This document shows, one piece after another, positions 16,603 through 24,385 of a DNA stretch of 35,690 nucleotides (position 1 is the first letter of the stretch; each line of letters begins with the position of its first letter). The stretch is from an uncultured Myxococcales bacterium (lineage in GTDB: Bacteria > Myxococcota_A > Polyangia > Fen-1088), in the NCBI GenBank assembly GCA_964440665.1, contig CAYTTF010000005.1:1-35690 (forward strand), written 5' to 3'. The notes beneath the pieces are model-generated. The model was not told where the DNA came from. It did no database searches and saw only the letters and a program-made list of their open reading frames with translations. The position numbers and the translations under genes are program-made.

Positions 16603-18030
16603 ATGGCTGACGCGCATCCGGGCGATCTCGCGGCGCGCGATCTGGCGGTGTTCTGGCACCCGTGCAGTCAGATGCGGGACTACCGCGACTTTCCGCCGCT
16701 GGAGGTGATCGGGGCCCACGGCACGCGCCTCGAGCTGGCGGACGGCCGCACGATCCTGGACGCGATTTCCAGCTGGTGGTGCAAGGCGCTCGGACACGGC
16801 CACCCGCACCTGGCGGCGGCCCTGCGACGGCAGCTCGAGACCTTCGAGCATGTCATCACCGCCAACACCACCAGCGCGCCGCTGGTGCGCCTGTGCGAGC
16901 GTCTGCTGGCGGCAGCCAACGGTCAGCCACCGGCGGTGTGGGGGCCCTCCGCGGCGCCGGGACGCCGGCCGGGACACTTCGGCAAGGTGTTTCTCGCGGA
17001 CAACGGATCCACCGCCGTCGAGATCGCGCTCAAGATGGCGCTGCAGGCGCAGGCGCAGCGTGGCGCGCCCGGGCGCACGCGCTTCGCCGCCTTCGAAAAC
17101 GGCTACCACGGCGAGACGGTTGGAGCGCTCTCCGTCGGTGATCTCGACCTGTACGCGGCGCCCTTTCGCGCGCTCTGTTTTCCGGTTCGGCGGATGGGCG
17201 GGCTGCCATACCGACGCGGCCCGCACGATCCGGCCTGGCTCGAGGCGGGCGGCAGCTGGCCCGCCATCGAAGCCGCCCTCGAGGCCGAGGCCGACACGCT
17301 TGCCGCCATCGTGTACGAGCCTGTGCTTCAGGCCGCCGGTGGCATGCGCTTCTTCAGTCCCGATCTGCTGCGCCGTCTGCGCGCCTGGGCCGACGCGCAC
17401 GGCGTCTATCTGATCGCGGACGAGATCGCGGCGGGAATGGGCCGGCTCGGCGCCATCTTGGCCAGTCACCTGGCCGAGGGCGCCGGCCGGTTGTCGGTGG
17501 CCGCGATTCCCGATCTTGCGGTGCTCTCCAAGGGCCTCACGGCCGGAACGCTTCCGCTTTCGGCGGTGTTGACCACCGACGCGGTCTACGCGCTCTTCGA
17601 CGCGGACTATGGCGACGGGCGCGCGTTCCTGCACTCGAATACCTTTACCGGCAACGCGCTCGCGGTGGCGGTGGCGAACGCCGTGCTCGACGTCTTCGCG
17701 GCCGACGACATTCTCGGCCGGGTCCGGGCGCTGGCGCCGCATCTGCGCGCGGCGATGGAATCGGTGGCGGCGTCGCGACCGTATCTACGCGGCCTGCGGG
17801 CCTGCGGCCTGGTGGCGGCGGTCGATATCTGCGCCGCCGACGGCACCCCGCTCGATCCGCGCCGTCGCACCGGCTACGCGGCCTATCGGGAGGCGGTCCG
17901 GCGGGGGGCGTTGCTGCGTCCGCTCGGCGACACGATGTACCTCTTCCCGCCGCTCACCGCGACGGCCACCGAGATCGACCAGATGGCCGCCATCCTCGCC
18001 GACAGTCTCGACGCCGTCGTGGGGGGCTGA
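16603..18030 (+). CDS. bioA: Adenosylmethionine-8-amino-7-oxononanoate aminotransferase (class III PLP aminotransferase).
   Basis: It contains FWHPCSQMRDY...ELADGRTILDAISSWWCKALGHGHPHL (the BioA-type SSWW motif), DNGSTAVEIALKMA, and a PLP-Lys context LSKGLTAGTLPLSAV. Confidence 0.8.
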   Translation: MADAHPGDLAARDLAVFWHPCSQMRDYRDFPPLEVIGAHGTRLELADGRTILDAISSWWCKALGHGHPHLAAALRRQLETFEHVITANTTSAPLVRLCERLLAAANGQPPAVWGPSAAPGRRPGHFGKVFLADNGSTAVEIALKMALQAQAQRGAPGRTRFAAFENGYHGETVGALSVGDLDLYAAPFRALCFPVRRMGGLPYRRGPHDPAWLEAGGSWPAIEAALEAEADTLAAIVYEPVLQAAGGMRFFSPDLLRRLRAWADAHGVYLIADEIAAGMGRLGAILASHLAEGAGRLSVAAIPDLAVLSKGLTAGTLPLSAVLTTDAVYALFDADYGDGRAFLHSNTFTGNALAVAVANAVLDVFAADDILGRVRALAPHLRAAMESVAASRPYLRGLRACGLVAAVDICAADGTPLDPRRRTGYAAYREAVRRGALLRPLGDTMYLFPPLTATATEIDQMAAILADSLDAVVGG

Positions 18031-18081
18031 TCGCGTGAGTACCGACGGGCTTTGCCCGGCGGGACTCTTCGCGGGGGGTCT

Positions 18082-18104
18082 AAGGGACCCTTTGAGGGTC
18101 CCTT
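18082..18104. terminator. Bidirectional hairpin between convergent bioA and the Omp85-fusion gene, and a member of the GGGACCC palindrome family.
   Basis: The sequence aagggaccc-tttga-gggtccctt forms a 9-bp stem with a 5-nt loop. There is no clear U-tract on either strand. Confidence 0.45.
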
Positions 18105-18110
18105 TCAAAA

Positions 18111-21100
18111 TCAGAAACTGGCGGCGGCGACCCAGTACAGCCGATCGCCGCCGCCGGTGGCAAACCCGTGGGCGTAGCCGAGCTCCACCTGGCCACCGAG
18201 GTAGTAGCCCAGACTGAATTGGAAGTGGGCCTCGGCGCCCGCGTCGGTCTTGAGATCGCGGCCCTGGAACGGGCCCTGGAACGCGTTTCCGATGTCCGTG
18301 AAGAGGACGCCCCAGATCCGGCGAAGGTAGAAGGGGAAGGTGTCGTAGCCTTTTTCGATCCAGACCAGCGGCGCGCGGTACTCCGCCGAGAGCAGGACGT
18401 AGTTGTCGCCTTGGAGGTAGTTCGCCGGATAGCCGCGAAGCGCGGCGTACTGGTACTGGTTGAGCAGGACCGCGCGCAGGACGTCCTGCGGGGAGTAGCC
18501 CCCGAGACTGAAGAAGTCGCGCGTGTCGCCGATGCCGAAACCGCCCGCGGCCATCACCGCGAACGCGTGCAGACGCGCCCACGGGGGGGTCAGATACTCG
18601 GTCCAGGAGCCGCTCACCTCGGTGGTGCGGAACCGGCCGCCCAGGATTGGGTTGGAGAAGCGCAGGTTGAGGTGAATGATCCGCCCCTCCTGGCTGCTGA
18701 TCGAATAGGGCCAGCCGTGCGCGTCGTTGAACGACCAGCCGAGGTGCAGATCGGCGTACGGTCCCTGCTGGGGTTTGATCGTGATGCCACCGGTCGGCTC
18801 GCCGACGGGGATCCGGTCGGTGGGAGCGTAGGCCGCGTAGTCGTAGCTGATGCCGAGGTCGCCCTGCGCGTCGGCGGTGTGCAGAATCGGCAGGTCGCTC
18901 CCGGCGGTCAGGTTCTCGGAGCGCTGCCGGTAGTTGAGGTTGGTGCCGTCGACGATCAGGCCCGGCGTCATCTGATCGGTGCGCGAGACCGTGACGCTGA
19001 ACGAGGGCCAGAGCCGGTTGTAGCTGTAGGAGACGTAGCCGGACGCGTCTCCGTTGGATGGAAGCAGGAGCTCGAATCCGACCGCGTGGTTGCCGACCGG
19101 ATCACCGACGCTGGTGTTGAGCTGGAACGTATTACCCAGACCGAGCGGATCCGGGAGAACCTGGACGTTCCACTGCCGCGGGTACATGTACTTCCAGGGC
19201 GCGTAGGGAACGATCCGCTGCGGGATGGGGAGCGCGGCGGCGTCTTCCGGCGCGGCATCGGGCGAATCGGTCTCGGCGTCGGGATCGGGGGAGGCGTCGA
19301 GGCGCGCGTTGGCGTAAGGCTGCGCGGGCAAGAACTGGCCCGGATCGTAGGGTAAAGACCAGAGGTCGAAGCCGTCCGAGGTGAAGCCGGTGAAGACCAG
19401 GCGGCGACCGTCGGGCGAGACGACGGGCTGGAACGCGCCCGCCAGAACGTTCGTCACCTGGAAGAGCCGCCCGGTGCGCAGCTCGTGGGCGTAGATGTCG
19501 TTGATGCCGCTTCGATCCGACGAGAACAAGATGAACCGTCCGTCGGGCGAAAACCGCGGATCGATGTCCATGGCCCGATCGACCGAGATCGCGCGGTCGG
19601 TGGCGGCCGCGAGATCGTAGATGTGAATGTCTCGAAAGCCGCCCGGCTTCCAGCGCGAATAGGTGATGAGCCGACCGTCGGGCGACCAGGCTGGTGTGAA
19701 GGCCAGCCCCGGCGCTCCCGGCTGGAGGACGCGCGGCGTCCCCCCATCGATTGGCACCAGCGCCAGCTCGCGCGTTCCGGGTCCCACCAGCACGCAGGCG
19801 ATCTGCCTCCCGTCGGGCGAGACGTCGGGCTCGTGCGCGCGGGCGCCGCGCGTGAGCTGCCGGATGGTGCCGGCCGCGACGTCGAGGCGAAACAGATCGT
19901 TCCATCCCAGCTCGGGATTGCCCGAGATGCGCAACGGCAGCGGCAGATAGTTGACCCGCGGAAAGATCAGCGCCTGCCCGTCGGGCGTCGGTGCCGCCGG
20001 ACCGCCCCCTTGCATGTCGGCGATCCGTTGATGGGCGCCGGTCTCCGGATTCAGACGGACGTAGGCCGGCGACTGATCGTCGTTGGCGCGGTGATAGACC
20101 AGCGTGCCATCGCGGAAAAATCGTCCGCCGGGACCCTCGCTGCGCGGCGACGGCGCCTCCCGGGTGAGGCGGGTTGCGACGGTGAGGGGCCGCCGTTGCG
20201 CCTCCTCGGCCTCCAGGGTGTAGCGGTGCGCGATTGATCGCCTCCAGTCGTCCCAGAGGCCGGGGCCGAACAGTCCGACGTAGCCCTGGCCGACGGTTTC
20301 GGCGACCGTGCGGTTGAGGGCGCCCGGGATGCAGGTGTCGGCGTAGCGGTGGGAGATCTCCTGGATCTTGGCGGGGCCGTAACGATCTTCGATGTAGCGC
20401 AGCACGTTTGATCCATAGGCGTACGCCGCCGTCCCGCCGGGGTAGGCCAGCGGGATCGCCGAGATCTGATCGATCCCGAAGAGCCGCCCCTCGAGGAACG
20501 GCACCCGCAGGTGCATGTCGAAGAAGCTGCTGCGTAAGCGACCGGCGGTTGTCTGGCGGGACTCCATCAGCACCGCCATCCCCTCGATGAACCACGTCGG
20601 CTCCGAGAGGTTCGGCGCGAAGGTCCTCCCCATGATCGTGTTCAGGAGGAGCGCGCAGGGGCTCAGCATGGTGTCCAGGTGGACCACGTGCGTGAACTCG
20701 TGCGTGACGAGCAGCTTGACGTAGTCGTCGAAGTCGTTCAGCTCGTCGAGCGAGCCGGGTGGCGCGCCGAAGGCCAAGATGTAGTTGTAAGGGATGGAGG
20801 TGGCGAGCCCGTTGGCGTCATCGGTGTTGTCGTCGAGGGTGATGTGCACGCGGCCGCTCGGCCGCCAGTTGAGATAACGGGTGATGAGCCGGTAGGCGCG
20901 CTCGGCGATGTGGGCCGCTCTTTCGGCAAACTTCTGTTCCGCCGGATAGAAGTGGATCTCGAAGTGCGGGGTTTCCAGCGTGTACCAGGTCGCACGCGGC
21001 AGCCGGGGCGTCGGCAGCGCCTCGGCCGGCTCCTCGATGGTGTCGGCACGGGCGCCGCGGGCCAGGGCAAAAAACGCCACCAGGACGAGGCCGGCCCTGG

Positions 21101-21113
21101 CGTGCTTTCGCAT
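18111..21113 (-). CDS. Outer-membrane multidomain protein with a signal peptide, an HExxH metallopeptidase-like region, TolB-type PD40 beta-propeller repeats and a C-terminal Omp85/surface-antigen-type beta-barrel.
   Basis: The signal peptide is MRKHARAGLVLVAFFALARGARA. HEFTH is encoded at 20688-20702 (LLVTHEFTHVVHL). There are four SPDGR repeats (SPDGRQIACV, SPDGRLITYS, SPDGRFILFSSDRSG, SPDGRRLVFTG). The barrel signature is FFSLGGYSPQDVLRA...LRGYPANYLQGDNYVLLSAEYRAPL, and the protein ends in a terminal aromatic (...WVAAASF). Confidence 0.8.
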   Translation of the reverse strand: MRKHARAGLVLVAFFALARGARADTIEEPAEALPTPRLPRATWYTLETPHFEIHFYPAEQKFAERAAHIAERAYRLITRYLNWRPSGRVHITLDDNTDDANGLATSIPYNYILAFGAPPGSLDELNDFDDYVKLLVTHEFTHVVHLDTMLSPCALLLNTIMGRTFAPNLSEPTWFIEGMAVLMESRQTTAGRLRSSFFDMHLRVPFLEGRLFGIDQISAIPLAYPGGTAAYAYGSNVLRYIEDRYGPAKIQEISHRYADTCIPGALNRTVAETVGQGYVGLFGPGLWDDWRRSIAHRYTLEAEEAQRRPLTVATRLTREAPSPRSEGPGGRFFRDGTLVYHRANDDQSPAYVRLNPETGAHQRIADMQGGGPAAPTPDGQALIFPRVNYLPLPLRISGNPELGWNDLFRLDVAAGTIRQLTRGARAHEPDVSPDGRQIACVLVGPGTRELALVPIDGGTPRVLQPGAPGLAFTPAWSPDGRLITYSRWKPGGFRDIHIYDLAAATDRAISVDRAMDIDPRFSPDGRFILFSSDRSGINDIYAHELRTGRLFQVTNVLAGAFQPVVSPDGRRLVFTGFTSDGFDLWSLPYDPGQFLPAQPYANARLDASPDPDAETDSPDAAPEDAAALPIPQRIVPYAPWKYMYPRQWNVQVLPDPLGLGNTFQLNTSVGDPVGNHAVGFELLLPSNGDASGYVSYSYNRLWPSFSVTVSRTDQMTPGLIVDGTNLNYRQRSENLTAGSDLPILHTADAQGDLGISYDYAAYAPTDRIPVGEPTGGITIKPQQGPYADLHLGWSFNDAHGWPYSISSQEGRIIHLNLRFSNPILGGRFRTTEVSGSWTEYLTPPWARLHAFAVMAAGGFGIGDTRDFFSLGGYSPQDVLRAVLLNQYQYAALRGYPANYLQGDNYVLLSAEYRAPLVWIEKGYDTFPFYLRRIWGVLFTDIGNAFQGPFQGRDLKTDAGAEAHFQFSLGYYLGGQVELGYAHGFATGGGDRLYWVAAASF

Positions 21114-21228
21114 CGCGCGGGATTCTAGCCGCGCTGGCCGCTCCGGCGAAACAGGTCGTCTGCCCGGGGCCCTGGTAAGGGGGCCGCTTCGTGGTTAATC
21201 TCTGCGTTCTTCAACCGAGGAGTCGGGC

Positions 21229-21654
21229 ATGAAAAGGTCGGCAACAGCGAACTGGAAGGGTGGCCTCAAGAGCGGGAAAGGAACGTTTTCCGCGGCAAGC
21301 GGTACCTTTTCCAACATTCCGTACGATTTCGCGCAGCGGTTCGAAAGTGGCGCCGGGACCAGCCCGGAGGAGCTGATCGCGGCGGCGCACGCCAGCTGCT
21401 TCTCGATGGCGCTGTCGGGTCAGCTCGAAGCGGCGGGCCTGCCGCCCGAGAACGTCGACACGCGCGCCACCGTCACGCTCGAGAAGGTGGAGGGCGGATT
21501 CGCCGTCACCGCGTCGCACCTCGACGTGACGGTGAAGCTCACCACGCCCGACCGCGAAAAGTTCGACAAGGCCGCCGAAGCCGCTCGCTCGGGGTGCCCC
21601 ATCTCCAAGCTCATGTCGAGCGCCAAGATCACCCTCGACGCCCGCCTGGCGTAG
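21229..21654 (+). CDS. osmC: OsmC-family peroxiredoxin / osmotically inducible protein C.
   Basis: The 141-aa product reads MKRSATANWKGGLKSGKGTFS...TSPEELIAAAHASCFSMALS...ARSGCPISK, with the two conserved Cys. A GAGGAG RBS is present. Confidence 0.9.
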   Translation: MKRSATANWKGGLKSGKGTFSAASGTFSNIPYDFAQRFESGAGTSPEELIAAAHASCFSMALSGQLEAAGLPPENVDTRATVTLEKVEGGFAVTASHLDVTVKLTTPDREKFDKAAEAARSGCPISKLMSSAKITLDARLA

Positions 21655-21655
21655 C

Positions 21656-22498
21656 TCAGCGGGTGCGGCTCAGATCGCGGCAGATCCGGAGGTGGCGTAG
21701 CGCGGCGCCGTAGTCGCCCGCCAGATCGTAGAGGCGGGCGACGTTGTAGTGGGCATCTGCGTTGCGGCCGTCCACGGTGATGGCGTCCCCGTAGGCCTCG
21801 AGGGCCGCGTCGTTGCGCCCCTGATCTTCCAGCACGACGCCCAGGTTGAAGAGCGCGGTGGGATCGTTCGACCGGATCGCCAGCGCCTGGCGATAGTGCG
21901 CCTCGGCGGTGGGGAGATCGCCACGCTCGTGCAGGATGCGTCCCAGGTTGATGTGCGCATCGGCATGCTCGGGGGCCTGCATCAGGACCTGCCGGTAGCT
22001 GGCCTCGGCCTGTTCGGGATCGGCCTCGTCGACGTCGCACCCGATCTCATAGATCTCGTCGGTGGAAGGGGGCACCACGTCGCCGCCGGACGGAACCGCC
22101 GACCGGGAGGGAAGCATCGCCATCGGCGCGCTGCCGGGATCGATGAACGGGCCGTTGAAAGCGAGCAGCACCTGGCCCGACTCGGCTTGCCAGCGGGTGT
22201 TCCCTTCGTGGACCACGACCGACGACCCCTCGGCCTGGAGCTGCATGCCGGTCAGCGGCCGGGTGTCGGGGAGACGCGCGCGCAGCTTCTTGAGCGCCAG
22301 CCGCACGCGGTGGGGGCGGATGCGCTGGCGAACCAGCTCCTCCGCCTTGCGAAGCAGGAGGAGATCCTGGAATGAAAACCGCAGCTCGCCGCGCTGGCCG
22401 TGCTCGGGCGACAGGACGCCCGAGCGCAAGTAGGCGCGCAACCGGCCCGAAGAGACGCCGATCATGCGCGAAACATCCTGGGTCGTGTAGCCGCTCAA
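21656..22498 (-). CDS. MerR-type HTH protein fused to C-terminal TPR repeats.
   Basis: The N-terminus reads YTTQDVSRMIGVSSGRLRAYLRSGVLSPE...FSFQDLLLLRKAEEL. The C-terminus has TPR-like units (AEASYRQVLMQAPEHADAHINLGRIL, AEAHYRQALAIRSNDPTALFNLGVVL, ALEAYGDAITVDGRNADAHYNVARLY). Confidence 0.75.
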   Translation of the reverse strand: MSGYTTQDVSRMIGVSSGRLRAYLRSGVLSPEHGQRGELRFSFQDLLLLRKAEELVRQRIRPHRVRLALKKLRARLPDTRPLTGMQLQAEGSSVVVHEGNTRWQAESGQVLLAFNGPFIDPGSAPMAMLPSRSAVPSGGDVVPPSTDEIYEIGCDVDEADPEQAEASYRQVLMQAPEHADAHINLGRILHERGDLPTAEAHYRQALAIRSNDPTALFNLGVVLEDQGRNDAALEAYGDAITVDGRNADAHYNVARLYDLAGDYGAALRHLRICRDLSRTR

Positions 22499-22561
22499 GC
22501 GCCGCGAATATAGCAGCGCACGGTTGTGGCGGGGCCGCCAGTTATTGGCGCGCTATGAGGG

Positions 22562-22579
22562 CGTTGCCGTGAGGCAACG
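22562..22579. terminator. Hairpin in the Ku / MerR-TPR intergenic region.
   Basis: The sequence cgttgcc-gtga-ggcaacg forms a 7-bp stem with a GNRA-like tetraloop. There is no U-tract, so its function is uncertain. Confidence 0.3.
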
Positions 22580-22625
22580 GGGAGCGAAGCGAACCATGCC
22601 CGACGCCGTGCCGCCCGGAGGCGGC

Positions 22626-23528
22626 CTATCGCTTTCGTGCCCGCTTGCGATCGGCAGCCGGAGTCTCCTCCGAGCGGTGCGCGGCCCGGCGCGACGCGGG
22701 CTCATCGGCCGCCTCCGCGTCCGGCGCCGGCGCGGCTTCCTTGGTCCGCGCCGCCGCCTTGCCGAGGCTGGCCTTGAGCGCGGCCATTAGATCGATGATC
22801 CGGGCCGGCTCGGGCGCCGGCGCGCTCTCGGAGATGTCGTGCCCCTGCACCTTGCGGTCGATATCGGCTTGGATCCGCTCCCGGACCTCGTCGTGGAAGA
22901 GCGTCGGCTCGAACGTCTCGCTGGCGATCTGGTCGATGAGCTGCTTGGCGAGCTTGAGCTCCGGCTCACGCACCTCCCCGCCTGGCAGCGGCACCTCGGC
23001 CATCGGCCGGACCTCGTCGGCGTAGAGCAGCTCCTGCAGAATCAGCGCCCGCCCGTCGGCCGAGGGGCGCAGCATCACCAGATACTGCTTGCCTCGGGCG
23101 GCGTAGCGGGCCAGCGCGGCGCGGCCGGTCTCGCGCATCGCCTCCGCCAGCAGCAAGTAGGCCTTGTCTCCCCCCTTTTCTGGCCCGAGATAGTAGGGGC
23201 GCTCGAAGTAGATCGGATCGATGGCCGCCAGCGGGACGAACGCCGCGATGTCGATGCTCTGGGTCGCCTTCTCCTCGAGGGACTTGAGCTCCTCGGGGGT
23301 GAAGGTCACGTACTGGTCCTTGGCGAACTCGTAGCCCTTCACCATGTCGTCGCGGCTGACGGCCTCGCCGTCGCGGGGGCAGATGTACTGCTGCTTGAGC
23401 CGCGAGCCGCACTTCTTGTGCAGCAGGTTGAACGATATGGCGGCGGAGCTCTGGGTGGCCGGATAGAGCCGCACCGGGATCGACACCAGACCGAAGGAGA
23501 TGGTCGCGCCTGCGATTGCTCTTGCCAT
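22626..23528 (-). CDS. ku: Ku DNA end-binding protein (bacterial NHEJ).
   Basis: It starts MARAIAGATISFGLVSIPVRLYPATQS...ISFNLLHKKCGSRLKQQYICP...MVKGYEFAKDQYVTFTPEEL...FERPYYLGPEKGGDKAYLLL. The C-terminal tail is basic (...DRKRARKR). Confidence 0.93.
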   Translation of the reverse strand: MARAIAGATISFGLVSIPVRLYPATQSSAAISFNLLHKKCGSRLKQQYICPRDGEAVSRDDMVKGYEFAKDQYVTFTPEELKSLEEKATQSIDIAAFVPLAAIDPIYFERPYYLGPEKGGDKAYLLLAEAMRETGRAALARYAARGKQYLVMLRPSADGRALILQELLYADEVRPMAEVPLPGGEVREPELKLAKQLIDQIASETFEPTLFHDEVRERIQADIDRKVQGHDISESAPAPEPARIIDLMAALKASLGKAAARTKEAAPAPDAEAADEPASRRAAHRSEETPAADRKRARKR

Positions 23529-23573
23529 GGTTTGTACGCCAGTGTATCCGAATGTAGGACAACTGCCAAAAAC

Positions 23574-24287
23574 CTATCCGGGCGTCTCCGCAACCGCCAG
23601 CATCTCACGGAGTCGATTGGCCGCCGCCGGTCCCTTGCCGGCGTCCTCGTGTTTGAAGAAGACGTAGGCGCAGGTCCAGGGCTGGGCCTGGAGGTGCTCG
23701 GCCCAGCGACCGATCGCGACGTCGTCGTAATCCGTCCGGCGCAGGCGCAGGTAGCCCCAGTCGGCGGTGGCCTCGAGCGGCGTCTCCATCTCGTCCGACT
23801 CGGCGATGCAAAGCGCCGCCCGGCGTGCCCGCAAGCAGTCGTAGACGTCGTCGGAGAACCAGGACAGGTGGCGAAACTCCAGCGCGGCCGAGAGACCGGC
23901 CGGCAGCGCCGTCAGAAAGGCCTCCAGGAGCGGGAGATCCTTGCGCAGGAACGGGGGCAGCTGGAACAGCACGGGGCCGAGCTTGTCGCCGAGGGCGTGC
24001 GCCACCTCCGCCAGCCGTTCGACCGCCGCCGCCGTGTCGGCGAGCCGTTTGTCGTGCGTGATCTGCCGCGGGCTCTTGAGCGAAAAGCGAAACCCGGGCG
24101 GCGTCTCGGCCGCCCAGCGGGAGAGAACCTCGGCCGTCGGCATCCGATAGAACGTATTGTTGATTTCGACCGCCGCCAGACGCTCGGCGTAGTAGGCCAG
24201 CATCTTGGTGGTCGGCATCTTCTCGGGGTAAAAACCGCCCCGCCAGGCCGGGTAGCTGAAGCCGCTGGTGCCGATCAAGACGTGCAT
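23574..24287 (-). CDS. DUF72 (YecE/UPF0759) family protein.
   Basis: It reads MHVLIGTSGFSYPAWRGGFYPEKMPTTKMLAYYAERLAAVEINNTFYRMP...FSLKSPRQITH...GPVLFQLPPF...EFRHLSWF...ALCIAESD. It lies 45 nt upstream of ku on the same strand. Confidence 0.88.
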   Translation of the reverse strand: MHVLIGTSGFSYPAWRGGFYPEKMPTTKMLAYYAERLAAVEINNTFYRMPTAEVLSRWAAETPPGFRFSLKSPRQITHDKRLADTAAAVERLAEVAHALGDKLGPVLFQLPPFLRKDLPLLEAFLTALPAGLSAALEFRHLSWFSDDVYDCLRARRAALCIAESDEMETPLEATADWGYLRLRRTDYDDVAIGRWAEHLQAQPWTCAYVFFKHEDAGKGPAAANRLREMLAVAETPG

Positions 24288-24385
24288 GGGTCCGATTCGC
24301 GTGGGGTGGCGCGCCGCTCGTGGGTGAGGCCCTTTTCGCGCGTAGGAGTTTGCTTAAAGACCGCGCTCGTCGGTAAACTATCAGA

